A stretch of 64,000 nucleotides of DNA from Candidatus Rokuibacteriota bacterium (GCA_036802765.1 DAIRVP010000002.1:4152-68151), one strand, 5' to 3'; shown: positions 35,939 to 45,839, counted from the first letter of the stretch. Program-made: numbers and translations. Notes: generated by a model not told the origin, from the sequence alone.

Positions 35939-37852
35939 TCAGAACAGGCTCAGCTGCGGCGATTCCGGCTCGTCGTCGACATACGCCACGAGGCCATCCT
36001 GCTCGGTGAAGCGACGAAACCGCTCCCACGTCTCGAGCACCTTCGACTGGTAGTACTCCACGTTCTCGTCCGGCCGCGCGGCATCCCAGAGGCTCGCCAG
36101 CTTCGCGACGTCGCTGACGGCCACGCGCGCCGTGCGGCCCGCGACATAGTAGGAGATCTGATCGCCCGGCTGCACCGGACGTCCGCTCGCCGCGGCGAGC
36201 TCGTAGGCTGCAGACACCGGCCGCAGTCCGGCTGCGACGCGCTCGCGATAGACCTCAAGTGATTCTTGAAGTGTCTCGCTGCGCGCGAAGACGCGCACGT
36301 CGAGCCGATGCGCGGCGAAGTCCGCGAGCCAACGGTCGACCACGGCCTTGGCGTCGGCGCGACGCCCGAGCAGGAGCAACCGGACCAGCTCGTCGATCAG
36401 CCTGCGCTGGAAGGGCTCCAGCCCACGCGAGCGGAAGGCCGAGCCCTTGAGCGTCACACGTCCGCGCGCATCGAGCAGCGCGTACGTCTTCATCTTGTAC
36501 GAGAACATCGCCGGATAGCGCCCGTCGAGTTCGAGCGTGATGCCGGGCGGCAGCTTGTCGGTCAGCGCTTCGAGCAATCGCCGGTCGTCCGCGACGGTGT
36601 GGCTGGACGCCGGTGTGAAGTACACGCCGTCCGTGTCGGCCTCGATCGGCGTGGCACCAAGCGCACGCAGGCCATCGACGACGGACGTCACCACGGCGCG
36701 GCCGTCGGCGGTGACGCGATTGGCGGCGTCGAAGTCGTTCCAGTGGGCGGAAGAAAAACCGAGATATCCGTAGAACGAGTTGATGAGAATCTTGAACGAC
36801 TGCGACAGCGCCAGGTGGTGCTGGCGCTCCTCGTCGACCACGGCCGCCTGCGCCTGACGCTTGGCGGTCACCCGCACGTCACGCAGGTGAGTCAGCAGAT
36901 CCAGAAAGACGCCGAGCTCGTCGCTCGCGGGCGCGACGCGACCGGCGATCATCAGCGACGGATAGAGCGACGTGACGTCGACGTGGAGCACCGGCGCCGC
37001 CACGCCCTGCTGCCAGACCGCGGTGAGTCCGCCGCCGACCGACTGCCCCGGGCGTGGTCGCGGCACGGCGCGGCCGACTCGGAGGTACTCGCGCAGCAGC
37101 AGCGCATCGACCTTGGCGGCGGAGCCGCGCAGCGTGGTGGCCTGGTAGTCGAACGGCACGAGCTGCGCCTGGGCGAAGTAGGGCGGCGACAGGATCGCCG
37201 AAATCGCGAGCGTCTCCGCGGCGTCGTCGCCCGCGTACGCCATGAGCCGGTCGGCGTCCTCGGCGAGCTGGCGGGCAACATTCGAGGCGTCGACGTAGGT
37301 GCGGTCCGCGGCGGCGACGCCGAGATGTCGCGCGATGTCCTTGAGGCCGAACGAGGGGAGGTCGCGTGCGCCGACATCGTGCAGCTGGGCAAGCATCCAC
37401 GTGTCGATGATGTGACGGCCGGCGACCTCATACCGGCGAAACCCGATCGCCCGCTCGGCGACTTGCAGTCGCGCCGGCCGGCTGCGTAACAGGCTGCCGT
37501 CGCGACCCCACGCGAGCCGCACATCGTGTCGCCGCGCACGCGCCTCGAGATACTCGAGGTCGAAGCGGAAGATGTTGTGGCCTTCGATGACGTCCGGATC
37601 GCGCTCGCCGATCAGACGTCCGCATTCGGCCAGCAGCGTCGGCTCGTCGAGTCGATCGCCGCGGAGCACGTGACGAAACCCCGTCGAGTCCGCGAGGGCG
37701 ATCGCGACGATGCGATCCCCGGGACGGGCCGCGGATGGGAATTCATAGCCGTCGGTCGTCACGACCTCGATGTCCAGCGCGAGACGTCGAAGATCGCCGA
37801 AGTGCAGTGTGCCGAAGGAGGTGCGCCCGGTGGTGAGCAGATACTGGTGCAC
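35939..37852 (-). CDS. family-B DNA polymerase, short form (exonuclease + polymerase core, no N-terminal domain)
   Basis: Exo I DIE at residue 27, motif A DVTSLYPSL, motif B KILINSFYGYLG and motif C ADTDGVY. 637 aa. Confidence 0.8.
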   Translation of the reverse strand: MHQYLLTTGRTSFGTLHFGDLRRLALDIEVVTTDGYEFPSAARPGDRIVAIALADSTGFRHVLRGDRLDEPTLLAECGRLIGERDPDVIEGHNIFRFDLEYLEARARRHDVRLAWGRDGSLLRSRPARLQVAERAIGFRRYEVAGRHIIDTWMLAQLHDVGARDLPSFGLKDIARHLGVAAADRTYVDASNVARQLAEDADRLMAYAGDDAAETLAISAILSPPYFAQAQLVPFDYQATTLRGSAAKVDALLLREYLRVGRAVPRPRPGQSVGGGLTAVWQQGVAAPVLHVDVTSLYPSLMIAGRVAPASDELGVFLDLLTHLRDVRVTAKRQAQAAVVDEERQHHLALSQSFKILINSFYGYLGFSSAHWNDFDAANRVTADGRAVVTSVVDGLRALGATPIEADTDGVYFTPASSHTVADDRRLLEALTDKLPPGITLELDGRYPAMFSYKMKTYALLDARGRVTLKGSAFRSRGLEPFQRRLIDELVRLLLLGRRADAKAVVDRWLADFAAHRLDVRVFARSETLQESLEVYRERVAAGLRPVSAAYELAAASGRPVQPGDQISYYVAGRTARVAVSDVAKLASLWDAARPDENVEYYQSKVLETWERFRRFTEQDGLVAYVDDEPESPQLSLF

Positions 37853-38196
37853 GGGATCCGGAAAGAAGCGGTATGGCGCCTCGGGCGCGTTGGCTGGCAG
37901 TCCGGTCGTCTCGCGGCAGCGCTCGCGTGCCGCGAGCGCCGCGCTCCAGGAGACGAAGCGCGCGAGCCAGCACAGGCCGCCCCCGCCCGCCAGGCGCGTC
38001 GTCGCGACGAGCCCCGCGGCGCCGCTGAACAGCGCGTCGTCGGCGGCCAGCAGGAAGGGTGTGAAGGCAACATGCTCGACCCGCGTGGCGGCCGCCTCGC
38101 GGAGCCAGAGGCGGATGGTGCGGCCGTCCTCGGCCAGGGCGGCGGCGACGAGCCCCGGTGTGGGGTCGGCGCCGAACAGCAGCGGTGTCGAGACGC

Positions 38197-38808
38197 TCAG
38201 CCGGCGGCTTCCTCGACGGCGGCGCGGTACGTCGCGGCGTCGACGAGGCCCACGAGTGAGCGCCCGGACTGGGGCAGGATGACCGCCGGGATCGCCCGCA
38301 CGCCATCGGCCACCGCCGCCTCGTAATCCTTCACGACGGCCTCGCGGCCCACGCCGGCCTCGAGATCGGCGGTGTATCGCGCCATATCGACGCCGGCGTC
38401 GGCGACGATGTCGGCGACGACGCGCGGGTCGGCGATGTTCAGGCTTTTCGTGAAGTACGCCTCGTAGAGCCGCGGATGCACGCGCTCGAACAGCTCGTCA
38501 CCCTGCCGCGCCACACACTTGGCCGCCTCCAGCGCGGGCATGCTCCAGTTGGGCATCGTCGGGTGGGGCCACGGCGTGAATGCGATGCCGTCGTCGGCGG
38601 ACATCGCGTGGCAGCGCTGCCATCCTGCCTCGCGATACGTGCCCTTGAACGGCACCGGCGGCACCGGGGTCGGACGCAACGGAAACGCGCGATGCTCGAT
38701 CACGAGCGAAGAGCCGCGAGCCTCTTGCAAGCGCCGGAGGCGGACCGCCGCCGGATAGCACCACGGTCAGAGATAGTCGCTGTAGAGGACGAGTCGGACG
38801 TCGGCCAT
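38197..38808 (-). CDS. DsbA/FrnE-like thiol-disulfide oxidoreductase with in-frame TGA replacing the first Cys of CxxC (candidate selenoprotein, U-P-W-C)
   Basis: The ATG at 38808 gives MADVRLVLYSDYL-[TGA 38767-38769]-PWCYPAAVRLRRL..., in frame with the ORF 38197..38730. The alignment logic matches FrnE IEIWSDFVCPFCYIGKRRL. Confidence 0.55.
38734..38754 (-). promoter_or_regulatory. candidate SECIS-like hairpin 12 nt downstream of the UGA in the DsbA-like gene
   Basis: mRNA CCGGCGGCGGUCCGCCUCCGG forms a CCGG/CCGG plus GGC/GCC stem with apical loop GGUCC containing GU. The spacing is similar to bacterial SECIS elements, but such hairpins are expected by chance at 70% GC. Confidence 0.25.
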
Positions 38809-38849
38809 GCACGATTCTATACCCGAAGCTGTCGGTATATGCTCGACGC

Positions 38850-39755
38850 GTGATCGACGTCTCGGTCGAGTACGCGCGCCATCTGCTCGGCGCGGTGGTG
38901 AACCTGCACGCGCAGGTGCCGAAGGCGCATCCGTCGTCCCGGATCCTGGGCAGCGAGCGCATGGGCAGCGGCGTCATCGTCGATGCGTCGGGTCTCGTCC
39001 TCACCGTGAACTACGTCGTCATGGGCGCCCACACCGTCGACGTCGCGTTCCTCAAGGGCCGCCGCGTGAAGGCCGAGGTCGTCGCGCAGGACTTCGAGAT
39101 CGGGCTCGCGGTCGTTCGCATCAAGCGTCAGGGTCTCACCGCCATTCCGCTTGCCGACGGCGAGCTGAGCTGTGGCGATCCGGTCGTCGCGGTGGCGTCG
39201 ACCGGACCTCAGGAGCGTCGCGTCGGCGGCGGGCTCGTCACCTACCTGGGTGAGTTCGAGGCGTACTGGGAATACCTGCTGGATCACGGCATCGTCACCA
39301 GCGCTCAGAATCCGGGGTTCGGCGGCGGCGGCCTGTTCTCGATGACGGGCACGCTGCTCGGCATCGTCTATCTGAACCTCAACGAGATCGTCCGCTGCTC
39401 GCTGTCGATTCCCGTCGACAACTATCGCGAGCACGCCAGCGAGCTGCTCCGGTATGGCCGCATCGTGAGCCGCCCCAAACGTGCCTGGCTCGGCGTCTTC
39501 GCGACCGCGGTCGACGAAGGCGTTGTCATCGCGGGCATCGTCCCCGAAGGGCCCGGCGATCGCGGCGGGCTGCAGGAGGGCGATGTGATCGTGTCGCTCA
39601 ACGCCGAGGAGGTACCGAGCCGCAAGGATCTCTATCTCACGCTGTGGCGCCACGGACCCGGTGAACGGCTGACGCTCGAGGTGATGCGCGACAAACGGCT
39701 GCGTCGCCTCGAGGTGACGACCGGCGACCGCGCGGAGTTTTTCAAGCAGATTTAG
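38850..39755 (+). CDS. S1C (HtrA/DegP-like) trypsin-like serine protease with C-terminal PDZ
   Basis: Protease domain (GSGVIVDASGLVLTVNYVV, GFGGGGLF) followed by a PDZ-like domain (GIVPEGPGDRGGLQEGDVIVSLN). Confidence 0.8.
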   Translation: MIDVSVEYARHLLGAVVNLHAQVPKAHPSSRILGSERMGSGVIVDASGLVLTVNYVVMGAHTVDVAFLKGRRVKAEVVAQDFEIGLAVVRIKRQGLTAIPLADGELSCGDPVVAVASTGPQERRVGGGLVTYLGEFEAYWEYLLDHGIVTSAQNPGFGGGGLFSMTGTLLGIVYLNLNEIVRCSLSIPVDNYREHASELLRYGRIVSRPKRAWLGVFATAVDEGVVIAGIVPEGPGDRGGLQEGDVIVSLNAEEVPSRKDLYLTLWRHGPGERLTLEVMRDKRLRRLEVTTGDRAEFFKQI

Positions 39756-39778
39756 ACGCCCACAAGGGAGACATCGGA

Positions 39779-40558
39779 ATGGATCTGGGATTGAAGGGCA
39801 AGGTGGCGCTGGTGACTGCGGCGAGCAAAGGCATGGGCAAGGCGTGCGCGCTCGCCTTCGGCGCGGAGGGCGCCAAGGTGGCGATGTGCGCGCGCACGGA
39901 GGCTGACCTCAAGGCGGCCGCCGACGAGGTCCGCTCGACGACGAAGGCGGAAGTGCTCGCGATTCCCACCGACGTCACCCGCAAACAGGATGTCGAAGCG
40001 CTGGTGCAGCGCGTGACGTCGCAGCTCGGAGGCGTGGACATCCTCATCGCCAACGCGGGTGGTCCCGCGCGCGGCTTCTTCGAGGAAATGTCCGACGAGC
40101 AGTGGCAACAGGCATTCGAGCTGTCGCTGCTGTCCGTCGTGCGGCTCGTGCGCGCGGTGTTGCCGGGCATGCAGGCCAAGAAGTGGGGCCGCGTGCTGAC
40201 CATCCAATCCGTGTCGGTCAAGCAGCCATTGCCCGATCTGCTGCTGTCCAACGCGGTGCGGCCCGGCACGCACGGGTTCATGAAGACGCTCGCGCTGCGC
40301 TACGGCAAGGACAACGTCACGTTCAATACGGTGTGTCCGGGCCGCATCCTGACCGATCGTCTGATGGGTGGGCTCAAGGCCTCCGGTCTCTCGCGCGACG
40401 CGTACGTGGCGCAGCTGGGCGCCGAGATCCCGATGGGCCGCGTCGGCACTCCGGAGGAATTCGCCAACGTCATCGTGTTCCTCGCGTCGGAGCGGGCGTC
40501 GTACGTGACGGGCACGGCGATCCAGGTGGACGGAGGCCTGGTGCGCGGCCTGCTCTGA
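39779..40558 (+). CDS. SDR-family oxidoreductase (3-oxoacyl-ACP-reductase-like)
   Basis: TAASKGMGKA motif and an NAGG motif. Confidence 0.8.
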   Translation: MDLGLKGKVALVTAASKGMGKACALAFGAEGAKVAMCARTEADLKAAADEVRSTTKAEVLAIPTDVTRKQDVEALVQRVTSQLGGVDILIANAGGPARGFFEEMSDEQWQQAFELSLLSVVRLVRAVLPGMQAKKWGRVLTIQSVSVKQPLPDLLLSNAVRPGTHGFMKTLALRYGKDNVTFNTVCPGRILTDRLMGGLKASGLSRDAYVAQLGAEIPMGRVGTPEEFANVIVFLASERASYVTGTAIQVDGGLVRGLL

Positions 40559-40567
40559 GCCGGGCCG

Positions 40568-41374
40568 ATGCTGGCCATCCGCGGCGCGTTCTCGCGTTTC
40601 TTCGCGGAGAGCGGCTTTTTTCTCGCCGCGGGACTGGCGTTCTTTTTCATGATCTGCTGCATCCCGCTGACGCTGCTCGGCGTCTCGACGCTCGGCTTCG
40701 TGCTCTCCACCGAGCGGGCGGCGGACGAGGTGGTCGGGCAGCTGGCGCGGAACTTTCCCGTGTACCGCCGTGAGATCGCGATGGTGTTGCTACGCATCGT
40801 CGAGACCCGCGCGCTCTCGGGAATCGCCGGCACGGTCGTGCTCGTCTTCTTCTCGACGCCGCTGTTCGGCGCCTTGCGGCTCGTGATGCATCGCATGCTG
40901 GGCGTGCGCGCCGCTGGCAACTACCTGCGCAATCTCCTGCACGACGCCGGGCTGGTGCTGCTGTTGACGCTGCTGCTGTTCCTCGCGTCCGTCGTGACCG
41001 CGATCTTTCAGTGGTTCCAGGAATATTTCCTGGAAGCCATCGGCGTGCCGTGGACCTGGCTCTACTGGACGAGCGTCGCGTTCAGCCTCTCGTTGTCCAC
41101 CGGCATGTTCTACTTCGGGTATCGGTACGTGCCACGGCGGCGGCCGCGTCAGGTCTCGGCGGTCACCGGCGCCATTCTCACCGCGCTGCTGTGGGAGGTG
41201 GCCAAGCAGCTCTTTCGCCTCTATATCCGTCGTGTCGGCGTCTACGATCAGATCTACGGCCCGCTCGGCGTGCTCGTGGCCTTCGTGATGTTCGTCTACT
41301 ACACCTGCATCGTGTTCGTCCTCGGCGCCGCCTACGTCGCGGCGCTCGAGGCGCGACGGGCCGCTCGGCACTGA
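40568..41374 (+). CDS. YihY/BrkB-family membrane protein
   Basis: YihY-like N-terminus (FFAESGFFLAAGLAFFFMICCIPL) with six TM segments. Confidence 0.7.
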   Translation: MLAIRGAFSRFFAESGFFLAAGLAFFFMICCIPLTLLGVSTLGFVLSTERAADEVVGQLARNFPVYRREIAMVLLRIVETRALSGIAGTVVLVFFSTPLFGALRLVMHRMLGVRAAGNYLRNLLHDAGLVLLLTLLLFLASVVTAIFQWFQEYFLEAIGVPWTWLYWTSVAFSLSLSTGMFYFGYRYVPRRRPRQVSAVTGAILTALLWEVAKQLFRLYIRRVGVYDQIYGPLGVLVAFVMFVYYTCIVFVLGAAYVAALEARRAARH

Positions 41375-41437
41375 TCCCCTTCCGCGCTGTGGTATTGTCT
41401 CGACCGCTTCGCACACGGGACGGGGAGGGAGCGCGCC

Positions 41438-42349
41438 ATGATGCTCAAAGGCAAATCGGTGGTCATCACCGGAGCCGGCCGCGGCATCGGCCGGGAGATC
41501 GCGCTGCTGATGTCCAAGCAAGGCGCGCGCGTGGTCGTCAACGACTACGGCGGCACGGCGGCGGGCAGCGGCGGCGAGAAGGGGCCCGCCGACGAGGTCG
41601 TGAACGAGATCCGCAAGGGCGGCGGTGAAGCGGTCGCCAACTACGACTCGGTGGCGACCATGGCGGGCGGCCAGTCGATCATCAAGAGCGCGCTCGACGC
41701 CTTCGGACGCGTCGACGTCGTCGTCAACAACGCCGGCATCCTGCGCGACCGCATGATCTTCAACATGAGCGAGGAGGAGTGGGACGCGGTCATCAACACC
41801 CACCTCAAAGGCACCTTCGCAGTCACGCGGGCGGCCGCGCCGCTCATGCGCGAGCAGAAGTGGGGCCGCTTCATCAATATGACGTCCACGTCCGGGCTCA
41901 TCGGGAACGTCGGCCAGGCGAACTACGCGGCCGCCAAACTCGGAATCTTCGGGCTCACGAAAGTCACCGCGCTCGACATGGCGCGCTACAACGTCACCGC
42001 CAACTGCATCTCACCGTTCGCGTGGACGCGGATGATCGGCACTATTCCGACCGAGACCGAGGCGCAGAAGGCGCGCGTGGAGAAGGTCAAGCGCATGGGG
42101 CCCGAGCACATCGCGCCGGTCGCCGCCTTCCTCGCGTCCGATGCGGCCAAGGACGTGACCGGCCAGGTCTTCGGCGTTCGCGGCAAGGAGATCATGCTGT
42201 TCGGCCACGAGCGGCCCATCATGCGCGTGCACAACGACGAGGGGTGGACGCCGGAGAGGATCGCCGACATGTTCCCGGGCACGCTGCAGCATCACCTCGT
42301 GCCGCTGGTGACGTCGGGGCAGTACTTCAATTACGACCCGCTCGTCTGA
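41438..42349 (+). CDS. SDR-family oxidoreductase (hydroxyacyl-CoA-dehydrogenase-like, extended C-terminus)
   Basis: TGAGRGIGRE and NNAGILRD motifs plus a YAAAK catalytic pair. Confidence 0.8.
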   Translation: MMLKGKSVVITGAGRGIGREIALLMSKQGARVVVNDYGGTAAGSGGEKGPADEVVNEIRKGGGEAVANYDSVATMAGGQSIIKSALDAFGRVDVVVNNAGILRDRMIFNMSEEEWDAVINTHLKGTFAVTRAAAPLMREQKWGRFINMTSTSGLIGNVGQANYAAAKLGIFGLTKVTALDMARYNVTANCISPFAWTRMIGTIPTETEAQKARVEKVKRMGPEHIAPVAAFLASDAAKDVTGQVFGVRGKEIMLFGHERPIMRVHNDEGWTPERIADMFPGTLQHHLVPLVTSGQYFNYDPLV

Positions 42350-42879
42350 GGTCGAACAGCCGCCTGGTCATTGGGGACCAGGCGGCCGTCCGTGATCTCT
42401 AGCGGGCCGTTCCTCGGCGGTCGTGAGATACGGTGCAGGTTGCCGTCTGCGTCGCGGTGTTCCCGGCGAGATCGGTCGCTGTGGCCGTGATCGTATAGAC
42501 GCGGTCGGTGCCGGTTCCCGCGCGCTCGGCGCCTAGCTGCACGACACCGCCCGAGATCACGATGTCGGGCGCGAAGTTTCCGTCCCCGGTGCCGTTGACG
42601 GGCTCGTTGCCCGTGGCGGTAATCGTCGGCGTGCCGGCGAGCCCCAATACCCCATTCCCGGCACGGCCAGCCGCGGCAAGCCGCGACGGCGCAGGTCTCA
42701 ATCCTAGGCCGCGGAGGCGTTTGACACGCCTTCCTCTCTGATGTATCTGAACGGACACTAGACCTTGGTCCAGGGTCGGCCTCCGGGCATATTTCGACAA
42801 AAACGTCTACGGAACGTCATATGAGGAGATTTTGGATGCCGTCGACGCTCTCGTGGCCGCGGAACGGGTTCAAGCGCGT

Positions 42880-43917
42880 ATGAAGCGTCGACGGGTGTCG
42901 GCGCTCCCGAAATATCTTCTCGTCACGGCGGCCCGAAACGAAGAGCAGCACCTGGAGCAAACGATCCGTGCGGTGCTCGAGCAGACCGCGCGCCCGGTCA
43001 AGTGGATCATCGTCAACGACGGTTCGACCGACGCGACGGCCAAGATCATCGACCGGTACGCGGCGTCCACAGATTGGATCACGCGCCTCGATATGCCGAC
43101 CCACCGCGACCGGAACTTCGCGGCGAAAGCGTACTGCTTCAACGCCGCGTGGAACGCCGTGAACGGGCTCGATTATGAGGTGCTCGGCAACCTCGACGCA
43201 GACATCACGTTCGAGCCGGACTATTTCGAGTTTTTGTTGAGGAAGTTCGCCGCGATCCGCGACCTCGGCGTCGCGGGCACGCCGTTCCTGCAACACGGTG
43301 GTTACGATTCCTCCCGGGACAGCTTCGAGGGCGAGAATCACGTCGCGGGCGGCTGCCAGCTCTTCCGGCGCCGCTGCTTCGAAGAGCTCGGCGGATATGT
43401 TCCGGCTAAAGGCGGAGGCGTGGATTGGATTGCCGTCACCACGGCCCGGATGAACGGCTGGAGGACGCGGTCCTTCCGCGAGAAGCGGTTCATTCACCAT
43501 CGCCCGCTCGGGACCGCGGAGCGCAGCTCGCTGTCGGCCTTCTATTCCTACGGCCAGAAGGATTACTGTTTTGGAGGCAGCGCGGTCTGGGAAGTCTGCC
43601 GCGTCGCGTATCGGATGAGCAAACCGCCGTTTGTCGTTGGTGGCCTGGCACTCGGGGCGGGTTTTCTCTCCGCAGCCATCCGTAGGGTCGAGCGGCCGGT
43701 CTCGCCGGACCTGATGCGCTTCCATCGGCGCGAACAGATGACGAAACTGAAGGCGATCGTCGAAACGCTCGCGCTGCTCAAAAAGCTGGACCACTTCACT
43801 CTTCGCACACGCTCGCGAAATTCCGCCCGGAGCGCGATTCTTGCGATGATCGCCGGCGCCCCGCTGGCCAGGATCGAGACCTTGGCGGAGCAGTTGTGGC
43901 AGTGGCTTCCGCAATAA
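42880..43917 (+). CDS. GT2 glycosyltransferase
   Basis: LLVTAARNEE...WIIVNDGSTD GT-A motifs with C-terminal TM segments. Confidence 0.7.
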   Translation: MKRRRVSALPKYLLVTAARNEEQHLEQTIRAVLEQTARPVKWIIVNDGSTDATAKIIDRYAASTDWITRLDMPTHRDRNFAAKAYCFNAAWNAVNGLDYEVLGNLDADITFEPDYFEFLLRKFAAIRDLGVAGTPFLQHGGYDSSRDSFEGENHVAGGCQLFRRRCFEELGGYVPAKGGGVDWIAVTTARMNGWRTRSFREKRFIHHRPLGTAERSSLSAFYSYGQKDYCFGGSAVWEVCRVAYRMSKPPFVVGGLALGAGFLSAAIRRVERPVSPDLMRFHRREQMTKLKAIVETLALLKKLDHFTLRTRSRNSARSAILAMIAGAPLARIETLAEQLWQWLPQ

Positions 43918-44684
43918 GCCTCAAGCGGAGCGCCCGGGCTCTGAGGGATGGCGCCAGGTTCACGCTGTTCCGGCTTCAGACGCTGCGGTCGACCAAAGAG
44001 AGATTCGAGTGCCCGGTGTGCGGCTACGTCGGTCCATTCATGGATCTGCACCCTCCGACCGGGGTGAGACGGCACGCGAAATGTCCGTATTGCGGCGCGT
44101 TCGAGCGGCACCGGCTGCAATATCTCGCCATCCGAGACGTCTTGCAGAGCAGGCAGACGTCCGACATGCGGATGCTGCACTTCGCTCCGGAGCCGTGCTT
44201 TCGCCCCCTGTTTCGCCGGATGTTCCGCGCGTATGAGGCGGTGGACCCGGCCATGGACGAGGTCGACTGCAGGGTCGATATGCGCAACCTGCCATTCCGC
44301 GACGCGAGCTATGACTTCGTCATGGCGTCAGCCGTGCTGGATTACATCCCCGACGACAGCACGGCGATACGCGAGGTGCGAAGGATTTTGAAGCCGAATG
44401 GGATCGCGCTGCTGCCCATCTCGCTGGCGAGTCCGAGGACCATCGAGTATTCGGCGCCGAATCCCTACGAGTCCGGTCACGTGCGGTCGTGCGGGATGGA
44501 CTATTTCGAGCGGTACGAACCCTATTTTCGTGAGGTCCGAAGATTGTCTTCGGAGTCGTTTCCGGCTCGATATCAGCTGTTCGTGTACGAGGACAGAACC
44601 CTGTGGCCGAGCAAGACGTCTCCATTGCGCCCGCCGATGCCCGGTGAAAAGCACCTCGATGTCGTCCCCGTCTGCTACGCGTGA
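43896..44684 (+). CDS. class I SAM-dependent methyltransferase with N-terminal Cys4 zinc-ribbon
   Basis: CPVCGY...CPYCGA ribbon followed by a methyltransferase fold (DASYDFVMASAVLDYIPDD). Confidence 0.6.
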   Translation: MAVASAISLKRSARALRDGARFTLFRLQTLRSTKERFECPVCGYVGPFMDLHPPTGVRRHAKCPYCGAFERHRLQYLAIRDVLQSRQTSDMRMLHFAPEPCFRPLFRRMFRAYEAVDPAMDEVDCRVDMRNLPFRDASYDFVMASAVLDYIPDDSTAIREVRRILKPNGIALLPISLASPRTIEYSAPNPYESGHVRSCGMDYFERYEPYFREVRRLSSESFPARYQLFVYEDRTLWPSKTSPLRPPMPGEKHLDVVPVCYA

Positions 44685-44722
44685 ATCGGACGGTACGCTG
44701 AGCGCTCCTCAGCATTGATCCA

Positions 44723-45808
44723 GTGAAGCGCCAGCGCGATCAGATCGTCAGGTTCGTGCCGATGCGGCTGATGAGGACGATTCTGCCGGGCCGCGTGTTC
44801 ATCGTCTGCTATCACGCCGTCAGTGCTCGTCCGCTCCCGCACATCACGAATTTGTACGACATCAAGTCGCCGCAGCAGTTCGAGCAGGATCTGCTCTTTT
44901 TCAAACAGCACTGCGTGGTGGCGGGCCATGACGAGCTCGTCGCGCACCAGCAGGGAAGGCATCGACTCCCTGCCGGCTCCGTCTGCATCACGTTCGACGA
45001 CGGGTTTTCTCAGTGCCATGACACCGTGCGGCCCCTGCTGCTGAAGCACGGGATGCCGTGCACGTTTTTCGTGTGCACCGGCATGATCGACAACCGCACG
45101 ATGATGTTTCGCAACGTGATCAGCCTGTGTCTCGATCGGCTGCGCGCCATGACCGATGAAGAGCTCGGTCCGGTCGCGGCGCGTCTCGGCAGCCGCTATG
45201 GTGTGCGGCTCGACACCCGCGAGCAGCTCGGCAGGTGGATGCGGAGCCTGACGTGGCCGGAGCGCGACAGGCTGCAGACGCTCTGCGAGCTGCTGGCGCT
45301 CGACGTCGACGAGTTTCTTCGCCGTCATGCGCCGTACATGACGCGCGAGCAGATCGTGGACCTGTCGCGCGACGGATTCACGATCGGCGCGCACTCGTGT
45401 AATCATCCCGAGCTCTGGCTCCTCGACTGGGCGGACGCCACTCGCGAGATCGTCGAGTCCTGCGATGTCGTGCGCCAGCTGACGCATCAGCCGAGCGTGC
45501 CGTTTGCGTTCCCGTTCAACGGGGCGCGCCTCAGTCGGGACAAGCTCGCACAGCTGAGGCGTGAGCACCCGTTTGTGGGCTTGTTCTACGACACGAACGA
45601 TCTGCGGCTGGAACGGGACTTCGTCGTGAACCGAATCGGGGGCGATACGCCGGCGGGATGTGAGGCGGGCCAGTCGAACTTTCCACTCCTCATGCGGGAA
45701 GCGTACGCGCTGGAGCCGCTGCGACACATCAAACGCATGGTGCAGGGCCTGCCGTCAGGCCTGCGTCAAATCACGGACCCCATCAGGGCCGCGCACGCCG
45801 CGCGCTGA
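44723..45808 (+). CDS. polysaccharide deacetylase (NodB-homology) family protein
   Basis: ITFDDGF and FFVCTG NodB motifs. Confidence 0.7.
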   Translation: MKRQRDQIVRFVPMRLMRTILPGRVFIVCYHAVSARPLPHITNLYDIKSPQQFEQDLLFFKQHCVVAGHDELVAHQQGRHRLPAGSVCITFDDGFSQCHDTVRPLLLKHGMPCTFFVCTGMIDNRTMMFRNVISLCLDRLRAMTDEELGPVAARLGSRYGVRLDTREQLGRWMRSLTWPERDRLQTLCELLALDVDEFLRRHAPYMTREQIVDLSRDGFTIGAHSCNHPELWLLDWADATREIVESCDVVRQLTHQPSVPFAFPFNGARLSRDKLAQLRREHPFVGLFYDTNDLRLERDFVVNRIGGDTPAGCEAGQSNFPLLMREAYALEPLRHIKRMVQGLPSGLRQITDPIRAAHAAR

Positions 45809-45839
45809 TCTGGTACTCTTCTGCCCCCCGGAGGGACAG

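Noticed and set aside
35939-38808. Possible mobile element or prophage around the family-B polymerase
   Set aside because: No integrase, transposase, terminal inverted or direct repeats, or tRNA target were seen. The flanking genes look chromosomal.
42399-42800. 133-aa minus-strand ORF with Ig-like segment
   Set aside because: No credible N-terminus (Arg-rich junk before the Ig-like part) and no RBS. Kept only as a possible gene remnant in findings, not called as a CDS.
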